Source: Giardia intestinalis
Taxonomy: Eukaryota
Assembly (NCBI GenBank): GCA_000002435.2
Contig: CM018789.1
Reading direction: 5' to 3' (one strand)
Length of the DNA: 64,000 nucleotides
The notes under the pieces are model-generated. The model was given only the letters and a program-made list of their open reading frames with translations. It was not told where the DNA came from and made no database searches. Each line of letters opens with the position of its first letter. Position 1 is the stretch's first letter. Below are positions 20,901 through 28,534 of this stretch, piece after piece. A program made the position numbers and the translations under genes.

Positions 20901-21613
20901 GCCATTGAGATGCCATCAGACAAAAGCTGCTCTACTCTCAACGAATTAATGCAGAGGATGGCTGGATCCCTTTGTGCAAGAACCCGCAATCGATATAATA
21001 CTCCAATATCCTGGTGACCATGGTACCTCATCTGCAACGCCCTGAAAAACTCACTCATGGTCGATGCCAAAAACTGGGCATAGAGGTTCAGTAAAGAGTC
21101 AGGGCCTCCACTAGATGAGCTGCTCTTGTTACTTATCAATAGATCTAGGTCGTCTCCGAGATAGTTGGAAGCAATGCTATTGAGTCTATCGAAAAAGCCT
21201 TGTGATAGTGGGGCATGTAGCTCTTTGAAAAGAACAGAATAGATTGCTATAAGAGCATCTTGTGTAGAGGAAATTGTAGTAGCTACCGTGAGAGAGTCAA
21301 GAAGGAAGGACGAAAGAGATAGCCCGTGTACGAAGTACGACGCAAAGAGGGGGGATTTGGAGCATAGGCCCATGTGTACATATTGTAAAGCCTTCTGGGG
21401 GTCTGCTTTTGGGTGCAGTAGGGTAGAGCCTAACAGGTATCCCATAGCAGCAGCATACTTCTGGTCCACGAGTTTGTCGAGAATAACATTGCATCGTAGG
21501 CCATAGAGCTCACTCAACACGTTGTCGACACCATGCAGTTGGCTCTTAGCTAACTGTGTCGAGTAGTTTTTAAGTGCCGAAATAAATCCTGCTGCTTGGC
21601 TCCTGCCCCACAT
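8990..21613 (-). CDS. BEACH-domain protein (neurobeachin/ALFY/WDFY3-like), 4207 aa, with C-terminal WD40 repeats and FYVE-like zinc finger
   Basis: BEACH signature NMVAGRCSSDTSMYPVFPWL...TTAPFLAGSHYSTSGFVAGMLLRSQPFS...DGKYDNPDRIFSNVSDLW...RELIPELFYAPNMFLN. WD-like repeats follow it. The extreme C-terminus NRCARCGGKRPEHYCHACTGHFCPLC...CQICANC fits the FYVE core RRHHCRxCGxxFCxxC. Single uninterrupted 12.6 kb ORF with ATG at 21611-21613. Confidence 0.9.
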   Translation of the reverse strand: MWGRSQAAGFISALKNYSTQLAKSQLHGVDNVLSELYGLRCNVILDKLVDQKYAAAMGYLLGSTLLHPKADPQKALQYVHMGLCSKSPLFASYFVHGLSLSSFLLDSLTVATTISSTQDALIAIYSVLFKELHAPLSQGFFDRLNSIASNYLGDDLDLLISNKSSSSSGGPDSLLNLYAQFLASTMSEFFRALQMRYHGHQDIGVLYRLRVLAQRDPAILCINSLRVEQLLSDGISMAQYTTATMPSIISWMDSLSALELIYIKDLASLVGCEDSCVLQMSAPDGLSPLLLFSPKDVFSALDDTETQPAIDTNSNGCSRCSLARPKDSSTLLLYHIIDSRMSSKDIESIIQLSKTLLREAGRKLLDTGDHYDKYISVIIENTLLCCYYTQGIFVLDSEQLQLLKELLIKSFRYDRQMFPALFRLLLLVTIFQPISIEEQQSILKAFQEPPSDSLTAALLNASCISVRGTNWITNFVADLLTLPLIDLDIYPQSNEGNTSCDKYDIQHSVLLRNSTCTLFVQVLTRLINLHTRQPYPFLDSGSSTITNLLEWIIPYLITLDQDSLSASEPFYALLDSLVQHSTRVLKSTDNSLNRFFDVYAFFAGLLSKGSLSGCASDTPRWSNMDLLNILLRLQENYDTSEALLQASGLLEALHTLLTCNFHAYASSVLLFFRGRSASCIRLDLLIQYARTEFLTKPGLTISKDVLLGYAPIQELNEFPIIYNMCCLCACISQGWISSQGDGSLWAGLGCNIAKPLELFEVILLAYLFYYSTTPLLQEKLLSLVCVEFKLEERWESTIAANLTLATVFLASAENNYLPVICDVLCSKMKLSRAECVPGTPHTDSGLGNLITGLSGKLKGYAQQIPERYYSLVILACPYGEQLVIPIRAHYLEDPSVLLFYLSCLETRDTPFDKTVFEKHRELMETGVPIELAVRHRARLGSVVVGNTNFLTLLFTTLDGNENKSITRFLPVLLLHSNGLTIHWLEKVLLKAPHDSCTQSILSLLYHFSRHRTEASCLPDQYFKATTQSFALYHESMLGYRRTKNSSMYTLGDKLNASTDGSKKLQALHVILHGSHTHSYSSSLVLTIFSIDSAEIILTLSLDLSLRRLVATSVAWTYSLDYAFPSSAVEDGELTIGVAVSGFGMSSVSKHSSFILGTSFTPICGLTVTVNGSSASLRLEQLPRLCLPLKIEITTEGSLLYDQVLVSPFILTPFQVSLLTDKSMPISKLFNDPASFGSILGLAHDLRSQSRMPCGLSFYDPLDTPHTSLLGQTHPLSAIKIISSTPGKTEPLIVEDCLCAFPQYLEQHEVSVEHLSSRYLDAFATDFESLYLHIYSDCKNFTEGCHSLQRRGFFCPQCNMVSTSDYLLFDLLCADLQASVNRTGELVAHPKEYTVSCPYCAQPSEPPSRRLLQGDKSSALSTLYDIRTHSSQQSLMFNTTSLQPDSLVFSFLKTAEPNSVELNENMQPVVNHLASVVPLTSLIIYNEFLKAITSVDGTLLLDDLLFRLGYLEPVTSVPFYSGISLLMLLIQTLTKVPIVSSLELSSFISSQISEKTTPDPVPWSGECVSAFLTRYQRAFFKLFHQQGSSGDFFSEAKRTGVLGTVHHFISFHEQLSLFDQNFIPSLFTTSALFGMSRQSLVLMLGELHTYMGILARITGGDPNLLLRKYLDMGSKVSIILSSITLLKRFIVKVPRIGELERIDKWYIGKGLLVFDSSVNLLQHTQTSSCFIHSQTDDNTKLFLSVTAKPLSGAVVSANPPLERFLFPLAYSRSLPVNIDCNLLLPACRALIIASQGSLSSAASDALFALFAYSQRCGALLNAISFTLETITESGISSIPTELADYLVEELLVADSVSSFMCLWPATIALSSDSVPLMLYLLRGLLLQSSKNIKLFAQLLTPDFWLQYIHGMMDAFLIYAGSILVTSANPLQSLLEISQKFTYIATESFGIMYTLIAAEDVAHSAVGLAFIKTLSRATVFITASLHTHSLSVAGTISDHANCIQQHSSTSPYVSLAKHAILHGMTGYVTLIINRLANIRSNSSSGTPSSVHVDMLTVLNSDVIFDQLQISYTSLQASFALYPHIAQDVNESSEVPDGSDHCLVIEQLTSLSLKAIIQQLYSACYVIRYTDEHKSLPQLYLICGAYRTVIELCFDALRQTQVLSPLIDAFLATAFSLLASFLSVSTAAVTEHLDPLTWFRLSTSTYALNGSICNMEYFMPFISGLRIFYCLQLKTPQTFNHTLRYLLSMFEAVMVNNTPGELFKHYLSDLSMTLNAAQFFFTAPLGTGDIVGPEDRRTLSGPRSLLEPANPNEFIIYHNVQNFDCTLQVFYRVIAPRELQKAFPIELEHIQKCASSSDPLEAIYGYSSHLLLLVSLVYAAASVHTASDDIVEVATSSALGDSVELADTSPLSSKALVAQEMITRFLFKNLRLCAIDKACASLSSLLALLLSESLAVSLSGYVATTEVSSLQKCLDLLKFICESLAGASYTHHTPLHLSPLTQTVIVSSKNSVPKERRIVKLHKELVENTQTDLLSIGPFVDLVFSSVLRLLARYLDLGEYSLTVLQDTLQYMQAMYLLFVRTLTSQVKTLNSPDLFIEYVTCVFEYYSLAMEHRTLEPSANDLCSKYEELIMQILALEILPLSFHNSLGNVATHGYPFTLIKQILQNDLTVTKLCNIYLGKAESPKLKLQLYKHYNKMLEFVTSKSVVSESDDDAIAVSSDVAGKPGRTPIKFSELLQGFNFTKFKIVQGVINAILLSILHTSNVELAHAISKVVRTMIPFSSVIFFYFVASTFKLGNITCIIDLIQTIYGEDLSVEGKVKVQGTTTSLLDFVRQYTDPNRANPSTLQSSRFKTLVIVESYLFGRHCFRLTAMGLSGSIHLVAKSSSSFANAPVKAIRRVVTPAPYIHLSPIRSGSVYYLLSTIAAVSRYYHLGGPLACVAGYHRTSHEFSLRTKNLIGATCAFTPEYKASQVLESLLIQLERKVHDILQANSVISLADILPATELVQFIAYASYETELVSPNEGILILTDLAIYFIPGWRLVSEEIIYGLREHAFSISPQEISAEKEEELPTAVHQPSIVKKIVSSMQEMLQTLLISTRLPEQKLELVSEQHGPQREILKDLKHFLTSLVKRCNYPPGRPVSEYSIAPVMNLSDSHTEQSALEKRCLTDVRLLLEQTAKLSTGSAQLLPFMTTIKLSDISSVLWKESAHRCTQIEVLLQQGEVYTYEILDSISSRRLRLNHYVNDHAFMLRVQQECSRSVLTKTPVSDRFTSCQLMLQNNSLLSAIALIFSLMKTSLQGSWDCDLGTARFEIVLPNVASLKKYISKWRMHLDSCCSQIPQINYADTPSEASLYEHPYELPFPQQISAITAQYSDIFKTVLQALNKQLATLLEEALILITKAQQHFGEIIDSTALYTSLLSSYHAAERPSLGLGPSINRISESMPWSKLPSTLSIPILLFSGKLSHIEAVIALNMVAGRCSSDTSMYPVFPWLADDRNLAKTVMEQTESKRAKYMDRYNSLTTAPFLAGSHYSTSGFVAGMLLRSQPFSAAALLLHDGKYDNPDRIFSNVSDLWSSVKDTNLSECRELIPELFYAPNMFLNESAHDFGIRSTGEAVHDLVCDSMNATGCTACKDILDTYLHTVLYTLINRERLAQYTTFPSLYQWCRLLFGDKQNSLAHFNIYYWLTYPDSVALDCISNFSTRISTYSQLKNFGVCSRDVICMSVEERPVLQCIYQSVLGSRGKNETKIRIYDYLLHIDDLLKVLYPTEVSLVRTSEGEHISTATADIFSPQQAIPWFYNLLLTKQPRVSHTQLQNMIMLANIYSLAPDSLLILMRDMRTIAVINQAHHTCHTLNLPFLLYGRGHMNIYIRQCFVQYSCIIITLTDATTHLVLFAPDALKAGLLSVTGHVRLLATPPFSAVTVSHPHRLILVSVGQRHILYNLITGAAIVELHAIEPMRPVEHPSSVVQTQIADIAGRIWVLQEGILSCWSTSLALLYALLPSYETTAFLAIADNLLLTGDKKGVLRVYVLLPSLLTETVRIKIKTKVTTDSEPTRINLLCTAPAHRPSHPLAIKHVEYFKDRTVTVLVPKLCAEIVTSSRSPIWKIATDCSHMSLSINDRVVASLSTMIMRLPRYIDCAPALPSNRCARCGGKRPEHYCHACTGHFCPLCMSTDAYFFPYQDISSIAPCQICANCASHRENAKEVVTEA

Positions 21614-21748
21614 CTAGTTTTATTAATAGCTTAAGTTGCTGTACATTTACCTTCACGAGGTTGGCCATCTACAATTCGAATGAGGCTATTCTCTCGGCCA
21701 TTCTCATAAAACCGAAGCACCTCCGCGTCTTCCAAAATTCTAAAACAG

Positions 21749-22324
21749 ATGAATGCGGCCGTTGCTGACGTCGTCAGATTTTTTATGCTACAATCTACGT
21801 CTCTTTCGCACGAGCTCCAAGAGGTTTTCGCCGAACAGGTTTCAGATGTTGAGTTCTCTGGGAATACTGTCATGACAGCGGAAGAAATCAAGTCTCTACT
21901 CCATAGGGCCGAGCTTAGAGCATTGGCAGCGGTCTCTACCGAGTTAAGGCACATAGCAACTCTTGCAGGCTCGCTGGCTTCCCAATTAGTTGAGCAAGCA
22001 AGCGCTCACGGGATTGCAATAGAACCAAAAGTTACCGAGTTAGAGGAGGAAACACGCATGCAATTGGTCTCTCAATTACATAGCCAGGATGCCGGGCTCA
22101 AACCGGTGCAGGGAAAGCTAGAGCTTAAGCAAATGCAAGACCCTCAGTCAGCGAAGCAGATAGCAGATTTACAGGCCCAGATATCTACTCTCGAAAAGGA
22201 GCTCACGGATAAAATACAGAATACATCACAGTACAAAACCCTACAGAAGATGCTTCAGACAAAAACAGCTGAAATTGAGGAGCTCGAATTGCGGGTGAAG
22301 GAGCTGATGGAGGCAAAGAAATAA
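21749..22324 (+). CDS. small coiled-coil protein (191 aa), hypothetical
   Basis: ORF with ATG 21749 after AT-rich TTCTAAAACAG. C-terminal half is heptad-rich (LQAQISTLEKELTDKIQ...EIEELELRVKELMEAKK). Confidence 0.5.
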   Translation: MNAAVADVVRFFMLQSTSLSHELQEVFAEQVSDVEFSGNTVMTAEEIKSLLHRAELRALAAVSTELRHIATLAGSLASQLVEQASAHGIAIEPKVTELEEETRMQLVSQLHSQDAGLKPVQGKLELKQMQDPQSAKQIADLQAQISTLEKELTDKIQNTSQYKTLQKMLQTKTAEIEELELRVKELMEAKK

Positions 22325-22391
22325 CCCATCCTCTCCATTCCTCGTTGCAAGGCATAAGACACACAATACAAAATATATTTCAGTAAGTCAA

Positions 22392-24065
22392 TCAACCATC
22401 ATATCTGTTATTTTTAGAAGATTCGTCAAGCTTTTTAGCGATCTGGTCGATCAAGCTACTTACATTGTCAAACGGGACTATTTTTTCAGACACGCTATAG
22501 TACGATCGTTCGGAGTACTTCTTGTAAATCTGAGTAGTATGCAATCCTTTGTATGAATCCTTCCAGGCATTTAGGAGGTCATCCCTGCATGCCAGCTGCC
22601 GCGAAGCAGACCTTGATGAGCGTGAGGTACTCATGGGCCCAGTAGTGTATTGTGAAGAGCTTGTTAGGCTGAAGAACATCCGGCCCAGTGCATTGGAAAG
22701 ATCCTGGTTGGGCCGTAAGAACCTACTGACCTGCAGGGGATTCGAGTACTCGCTGAGAACGGCCAGCTCAACGCTTGCCATTGCTATTTCAAAATTGCGG
22801 TAGCGCAGGAATCGCGGATCCAAGAGCGTGAGCTCAGAAAGATAACTAGCTAGAAGACAAACGACAGGGGTGAGACCAAGGTCTCTGAAGATGGGCCGTA
22901 AGTATGCACGCGGATTCAGTGAGCTAACACCTATTTTCCAATCTATGAGTTCTAAAAAGCGCAGTTCTGCTGCACGCAGCTCCGCTATAGTGAACGTATT
23001 TGCAAAATACGCACAAATAGCCGTGCTGCCAAGAGCCTCGCCATAGTTCTCTTCAAATTTAGTTGCTATAAATATACACACGCCAGATAGCAGGCGTATC
23101 TCTGTTTTCTTGATCTGACATATAGATAGGAAGCGGTGAAATAGAGAGCAGGCAAGGTACTGTGTTTCGAGAGAGTATGTTTCTTTGGATATTATCTGAC
23201 ATATGTAATCTATTCCCTTCATTACGTCCTTCAAACGTACAAGGTCTGTTTCATTATTGTAGCTTTGAAAAGACTGAACTGCGTTGCCAGACGCAGTGGA
23301 ACCTCTGGAAGATGCTCTAGAACTTGTGCGCATAGATGCCGACTGCGCTTGGAGGATATTAAGACCGACGGGATAAGAGGTACCGAATCGCCGGCTCCCC
23401 ATCGACGACCCCAGGCTAGAGCCGTTTAAACTAATTCCCGAGACCATAGAGTTCCGCAGAGAGCCACCTGCATTCGTGTGTTGAGCCTGAACAACCGTAA
23501 GATAGTCAGGCCGGCCCATATCCCCTCTTGCGTGGTACATATCGTCCTGATCGGCCATATCTGTCACAATGTTTTCCCCATAATCCACCATCATCTTCAG
23601 AGAGGAGGACGACGTGTCTAGGACATTGGTGACAATGGAGGACTTGAGTAACGAATCCCCCATGTTGATGAGGCCGTCTGTACCCCCCTTTCCCCTAACG
23701 TTACCAACCCGAGGCCAGTAATGAGGAAGCACGCCTTTCTTTCCATACTGCACAGTTCCTACGGGCGTTTTATAGATGGTGCTATTCACCGGAGCGGTGT
23801 ACCCTAGTCTATCATTGATTTGGTTGATGAAAGCGCCTGCCACCCCAGTAAACGCCAAAGGCCTGTTGTCGTTATTCTCTGCATGCGAGATTGCCAATGA
23901 TGAGATGGTCATGTCCGTTTCGGTGGTGTAGGGCGTTTTGCAGCGAGTCTGGTTACTCCGCGCTCGCTCATACTTTCGGTCTCTTCTGGTATTGTTCATA
24001 CTGCCGTATGCACTTCTTTCAACCTCGCTTGTCTTTTCTGCCTCATCGGAGTCTAGTTTTTGCAT
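22392..24065 (-). CDS. cyclin-domain protein with long Ser/Thr-rich N-terminal extension (557 aa)
   Basis: Cyclin-box-like segment YLACSLFHRFLSICQIK...LLSGVCIFIATKFEENYGEAL...AELRFLELIDWKIGV, with the second fold LLASYLSELTLLD. ATG at 24063-24065. Confidence 0.7.
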   Translation of the reverse strand: MQKLDSDEAEKTSEVERSAYGSMNNTRRDRKYERARSNQTRCKTPYTTETDMTISSLAISHAENNDNRPLAFTGVAGAFINQINDRLGYTAPVNSTIYKTPVGTVQYGKKGVLPHYWPRVGNVRGKGGTDGLINMGDSLLKSSIVTNVLDTSSSSLKMMVDYGENIVTDMADQDDMYHARGDMGRPDYLTVVQAQHTNAGGSLRNSMVSGISLNGSSLGSSMGSRRFGTSYPVGLNILQAQSASMRTSSRASSRGSTASGNAVQSFQSYNNETDLVRLKDVMKGIDYICQIISKETYSLETQYLACSLFHRFLSICQIKKTEIRLLSGVCIFIATKFEENYGEALGSTAICAYFANTFTIAELRAAELRFLELIDWKIGVSSLNPRAYLRPIFRDLGLTPVVCLLASYLSELTLLDPRFLRYRNFEIAMASVELAVLSEYSNPLQVSRFLRPNQDLSNALGRMFFSLTSSSQYTTGPMSTSRSSRSASRQLACRDDLLNAWKDSYKGLHTTQIYKKYSERSYYSVSEKIVPFDNVSSLIDQIAKKLDESSKNNRYDG

Positions 24066-25029
24066 AGTGTCGCCAGGTTTTTGTTTCTGAATTCAACCCG
24101 ACTCTAGAAGAGTCCGGGTTCCAATCCTGGCAAAGTAACGTAAGGGTAGTAAGCATTTACATCAGACAACCAGCTGGAGTACTTTGACTCCCAAGATTTC
24201 TTGAATTTTCTCTCGTCCGTCATGGCATTGTTAATTTTACCAAATCCTCTAGGCTTCAGTCCCAAACAAACACATCTCCATGTCTTGCTTCCATGTGCTG
24301 ACCGCTTTCTCAAGAAGAAACCCCTGCAGCAGATCAGCTGGCTAGGAGTTCGGGATACATATTCCTAAAATCCCGCTAGCGCAGCCAAGGTCGAGCGAGT
24401 GGTTTTCAAGGCCTAAAGTGTCTCGTAGGGAAGGATGAAGATGCGGATGACTCACAGCTATATTCGTACTCGGTAATGCATACATGAAAGCCCCAAAGTG
24501 ATTTCCAACAACCATAACCACAACACAACCTGGCCATTTCCCCCACGTCGCTGAGCACTCATCTAACCACAGAAAGAACCAAATCTTCGTCAAGGCAACA
24601 AGTACTAACATTGAGTAAAGGAGTCAGATCTCATAAGTAAGCTCATAGTCGTGCTTGCTCGGAGACAGATAATCATTCTGCGAGGAACCAAGGAGTAGTC
24701 TGAATCGGGTTAGGCGTCCTACCGTCAGCCTGGGCGCATCGAACTGAATAACCCGCGTCGCAGCCTCTTTCAGCGAGCACTCTCAGTCGGGCAAGGCCCT
24801 CCTCCTGGCATAAGCACAGAGGCTCTTGGTTTCTGGTGCGACTGCTGCACGCGTTGGCGCGCCTCCCTCACGGAAAATGACCTCAGACCTTCCCCCGACC
24901 GCGGTCGGTGGCGCCCCTCCTAATTCCTGTCTTTCCAGGCTATCTTTTCGGTGATGTGAATTTAAACTGGTTGCATTTGGACAATTTAAGTACAATGGCT
25001 AAGAAGGCGGTTTGCAGGCATTCCTCCCA

Positions 25030-26862
25030 ATGTTTCGGCCCGCCCCAGCATCCATTCCATTGGATTTGGCGATAGAGCTTTCTGCGCTTTACGCCGTTAG
25101 GCGAGCGAAACGCGAGGAAATATCTGGCCCAGTTCTTACCGTGATCCCCACACTACGAGAACTCGCTGTTGCTACAATGCTCGACAATCTGCTAGAAGCA
25201 GGGTCCGGGATGCTCACCCTCCCGGAACGCTATAAGGAGGATATGATCAGCATGCTCCCACTTGACGTACCATTGTCGCGGGTGTTTTGTATTACGGATG
25301 ACTCCTATTGGATTCGGCGCTATCGCTATGAGTTTGGATGCAGCGACTGTCTGCCACGGATTTCCGATCCGCGGGCATTTTACTTGGAGGCCCTTCTATC
25401 TAAGCTCTTGCTTGCTTCTTCCTTTAATGCAGCCGACTCTTTCGATGCAAACAAACAAGCAACTGAGGTGTTAGAACTAGGTGGACCAATTATTAAGCGG
25501 CTGATTCTGCATATCCAAGCCTGTGGGGTGGACCTTGGGGCTGTGTTTGCAAAACTCCCAAGCTTAGCACACATTCAAGTGATCTATGATATGCCCAACA
25601 TTCAACCCTCATCGTTATTGGGGAGCATAGACATGCATAAGCCGTCCACCTCTAATCTCCTTGCAACATCTGACACTCTGGTCATTAAGGGCAGGGCACT
25701 ACCCGAACTATCTCTTGATATTAAGGATCCAGCAGCACCCTTTCATAGGCTACCGGATTACAACCACTTGGGGATGCTACTGCATCGTGATGTCTGTGGA
25801 ACCACGATTCCTACGGGGTGCTTGCATGAAGCTAACAAGGCTATAGGCGGCACACCTGAAAGACTTGTCGAGCTTCTAGATACCTTCAGATACATCCAGT
25901 ATCCCCTACAGTCGATATCCATGGTCAGCTCAGCTCTGAATAGCGAAGCAGCATGCGTCTTGGCCAAGGGCCTCCAAGATATGTCCTTCAAATTGGCGTC
26001 AACAAGAGTAGGTCATCATCTGTCCATTGATTGCCTTGATTTATCTTATAACAACATAGGAGACGGTGCTATCCATGCTTTATCCAAGCTCTTCGTTGAT
26101 TCTGAAAAGCATAGCTTGCCTGCTATTCTTACATCTTTACGCCTCACGGCTAACCTGGTGACGAAAGCGGGATGCGTTTTTCTTGCCAAGGCAATCGGTC
26201 AGCCAAAGTCACGGCTACGAGCGCTTACCTTGAACGGAAATAGCATAGAGACGGATGGATATACATTGCTGGCCAACGGAATCCTGAAAGCGGCAATCAA
26301 ATACTCTAACAACCACTTGACTGATTTGGGCCTAGCCGCCTGCGGTATAGTACTGGACGCCTCTGCATTTAAGATAATTACCAAGTTTATTCAGCGCACC
26401 GCGCTTGAGTGCATTGATCTAGGAGGGAACGTGCTTATTGGATCGAGTGTGCAGCCTGCATACCCTGCCCGTTCTGAATCACCGATCTCTGCAAGTACCG
26501 AGACTAAGACGAGAACGGGCGATGTTAATCTTGAAGATACTGGCTCAGACACAATACTGGAGAATCTTTCCTCATCATCGAAGAAAGAGGAGAATCTCTT
26601 AATTGCAGAGTTCAAGGCTATTTTAGAGGCCCTGAGAGCACGCTATGATGCCTGCAAGTTTGAGAATGGCGTGTTCCAGGGCTGTGGAACCCCTTGTATA
26701 TTGACGCTTCCCGAGGACTTTGATATCATTCCGGAGAACCTGTACAGATCGCTTCATGAGATCAATCATCAAAGCAGCCTAGCTTTAAAGTGCATTGTAC
26801 GCACTCGAGAGGCCGCCTGTGAACCCGAGGATCTTCACAAGCCAGCAGTCGATATCCTTTAA
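25030..26862 (+). CDS. leucine-rich-repeat protein (RNI-like LRR)
   Basis: Repeated L-x-x-L-x-L-x-x-N-x-I/L units: LDLSYNNIGDGAIHALSKL, LTSLRLTANLVTKAGCVFLAKAI, LRALTLNGNSIETDGYTLLANGI, LTDLGLAACGI and LECIDLGGNVL. Track start 25012 is TTG, so it was re-set to ATG 25030 (MFRPAP...). Confidence 0.6.
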   Translation: MFRPAPASIPLDLAIELSALYAVRRAKREEISGPVLTVIPTLRELAVATMLDNLLEAGSGMLTLPERYKEDMISMLPLDVPLSRVFCITDDSYWIRRYRYEFGCSDCLPRISDPRAFYLEALLSKLLLASSFNAADSFDANKQATEVLELGGPIIKRLILHIQACGVDLGAVFAKLPSLAHIQVIYDMPNIQPSSLLGSIDMHKPSTSNLLATSDTLVIKGRALPELSLDIKDPAAPFHRLPDYNHLGMLLHRDVCGTTIPTGCLHEANKAIGGTPERLVELLDTFRYIQYPLQSISMVSSALNSEAACVLAKGLQDMSFKLASTRVGHHLSIDCLDLSYNNIGDGAIHALSKLFVDSEKHSLPAILTSLRLTANLVTKAGCVFLAKAIGQPKSRLRALTLNGNSIETDGYTLLANGILKAAIKYSNNHLTDLGLAACGIVLDASAFKIITKFIQRTALECIDLGGNVLIGSSVQPAYPARSESPISASTETKTRTGDVNLEDTGSDTILENLSSSSKKEENLLIAEFKAILEALRARYDACKFENGVFQGCGTPCILTLPEDFDIIPENLYRSLHEINHQSSLALKCIVRTREAACEPEDLHKPAVDIL

Positions 26863-26878
26863 AAAATCTTTGGGACAA

Positions 26879-28534
26879 ATGAAGTGTTCTGCTCGTCAGC
26901 GAGGCAAATCAGCGAAGACATCGACGCTTTCCTCCACCAGTAGCAACATTGCTAGGCCAGATACACATTTTGAAAACCTCGACTCCGTGTCCGGCTCCTC
27001 CGCCATTGATGCACTCGTCCATGACATGGCGGCCTTACAAACAACCCTTGCAGTTACAACAAGTCAGCTCAATATTTCCTCTAGTCAGCTACAGTCTAAG
27101 GAGCGCGAATTGGAACGAGTGCGCGGAAAGTTGCGCGACATGGAGAATAGCATATTAAACAACTCATATGCTCCCTCGACTGCTTGCAGCCATGAGGCTT
27201 CGACCACTTGTGAGGTGCTTATTGAGAAGATAGACAGCATATGCAATGCTTTAGGTGTGAAACCCATCTCCACGGCTTATGAGGAGAGTAAAGTCAGTAC
27301 TGATCACCACTTATCGGACTCGATTGCCAGCCAAGCTGAGCCCCTCCTCGTTCCACAATCTGTGCCGGCGAGTGGATCAGATGCGTATATCGATGATACG
27401 ATATCGACAATTCTCAAGGTGATAGAGGATAAATCCATGCAGATAAACTTTCTGGTCAACTCTCTTGATATTATTAACGCACAGCTCATCGAGGAGCGGC
27501 AAATATCGCGTAAGCTTGCAGACACTGTTTCTCAGCTGCAGAAAGACAATTCCGTGCCACCTGAAGGCCTTATCGAGTCTCAAGTTATTAGTGACTCAGA
27601 CAGTTCTTCTTTCCCAGCAATCTTAAATGGTTACCTCAAGATGACCAAGGACGAACTGCTCAGAGAGTTGCAAGATAAAGATGCACAGATCTCTAAGCTC
27701 CAGGAGACTCTTCACGGAAATGACCATCATTCTCCAATGACAGGAGGCGATGTAGATGCACCCTTGAGTCAAGAGCAATGCAGTGAGGAGTTCGGATCTA
27801 TCGCCTGTGGTACTCTCGATGAAGCTGAGCTCACCAGCACTATCAAAAAGTTTGTTGCAGAGTACCGAGCCATATCTGCATCAGCTTCTGTTACTATTCC
27901 GCATACTAACAGACTGTTAGATATGCTTTTAGATGCCATAAAACTGCGGACAATGTCGAGACACAAGCTCTCACCCAAAGAATTGGACAATGACATAGCA
28001 ACGATAGAGTCCAGCTTTGTTTTAAGACAGATGCGCATGAAGGACGAAGAGATAGCTCGGCTGAAGGAGCTCCTTCAGCAAAAGGAGTTCCAGCTCGACC
28101 AAGCCCTGCAGCAATCAGTCAAGTCACACAATGCTTCCAAAGAAAGCGGACTCGCTGAACACGTGAATATAGAACCAACTCCTAGATCGACTCAGGTCCA
28201 GAGGGGTACCTTTATTGGCGACAATTGCGACTTAATGCTAACGAATCCTCAAGAATCCTCTTCAAAAGGAATGGATAACTTGGGAACTGTTGTCCTTCCA
28301 GACCCGTCCTCTGCCAACGAAGCCGTTCTTATTAGCTTCTCAGCGCGGTTGAAGAAGGTGCCCATTCAAGACGTTAAGCATTATGGTGATCCCATATACA
28401 AGAGTAATGGGCTTACGATCGCATCTCGTGTCACTTTAGGGTCTCCACACAAGTCTCAACATAAGTCTGCACACCAAGCTGCAAATCTATACACCTCTGC
28501 TGGAGACCTTGCGCCTCAAGATCTAGAGATCTAG
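26879..28534 (+). CDS. hypothetical Ser-rich protein with coiled-coil segments (about 551 aa)
   Basis: Long ORF. The track start 26795 overlaps the upstream gene, so the start was re-set to ATG 26879, directly after the upstream TAA and the AT-rich TTAAAAAATC. Heptad regions LQSKERELERVRGKLRDMEN and EEIARLKELLQQKEFQLDQALQQ. Confidence 0.55.
   Translation: MKCSARQRGKSAKTSTLSSTSSNIARPDTHFENLDSVSGSSAIDALVHDMAALQTTLAVTTSQLNISSSQLQSKERELERVRGKLRDMENSILNNSYAPSTACSHEASTTCEVLIEKIDSICNALGVKPISTAYEESKVSTDHHLSDSIASQAEPLLVPQSVPASGSDAYIDDTISTILKVIEDKSMQINFLVNSLDIINAQLIEERQISRKLADTVSQLQKDNSVPPEGLIESQVISDSDSSSFPAILNGYLKMTKDELLRELQDKDAQISKLQETLHGNDHHSPMTGGDVDAPLSQEQCSEEFGSIACGTLDEAELTSTIKKFVAEYRAISASASVTIPHTNRLLDMLLDAIKLRTMSRHKLSPKELDNDIATIESSFVLRQMRMKDEEIARLKELLQQKEFQLDQALQQSVKSHNASKESGLAEHVNIEPTPRSTQVQRGTFIGDNCDLMLTNPQESSSKGMDNLGTVVLPDPSSANEAVLISFSARLKKVPIQDVKHYGDPIYKSNGLTIASRVTLGSPHKSQHKSAHQAANLYTSAGDLAPQDLEI

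Noticed and set aside
24095-24130. tRNA-like T-arm (ccgggttccaatcctgg) near 24105-24125
   Set aside because: No complementary acceptor stem could be found about 70 nt upstream. The adjacent hairpin has a 3-nt loop, not an anticodon loop. Likely chance similarity.
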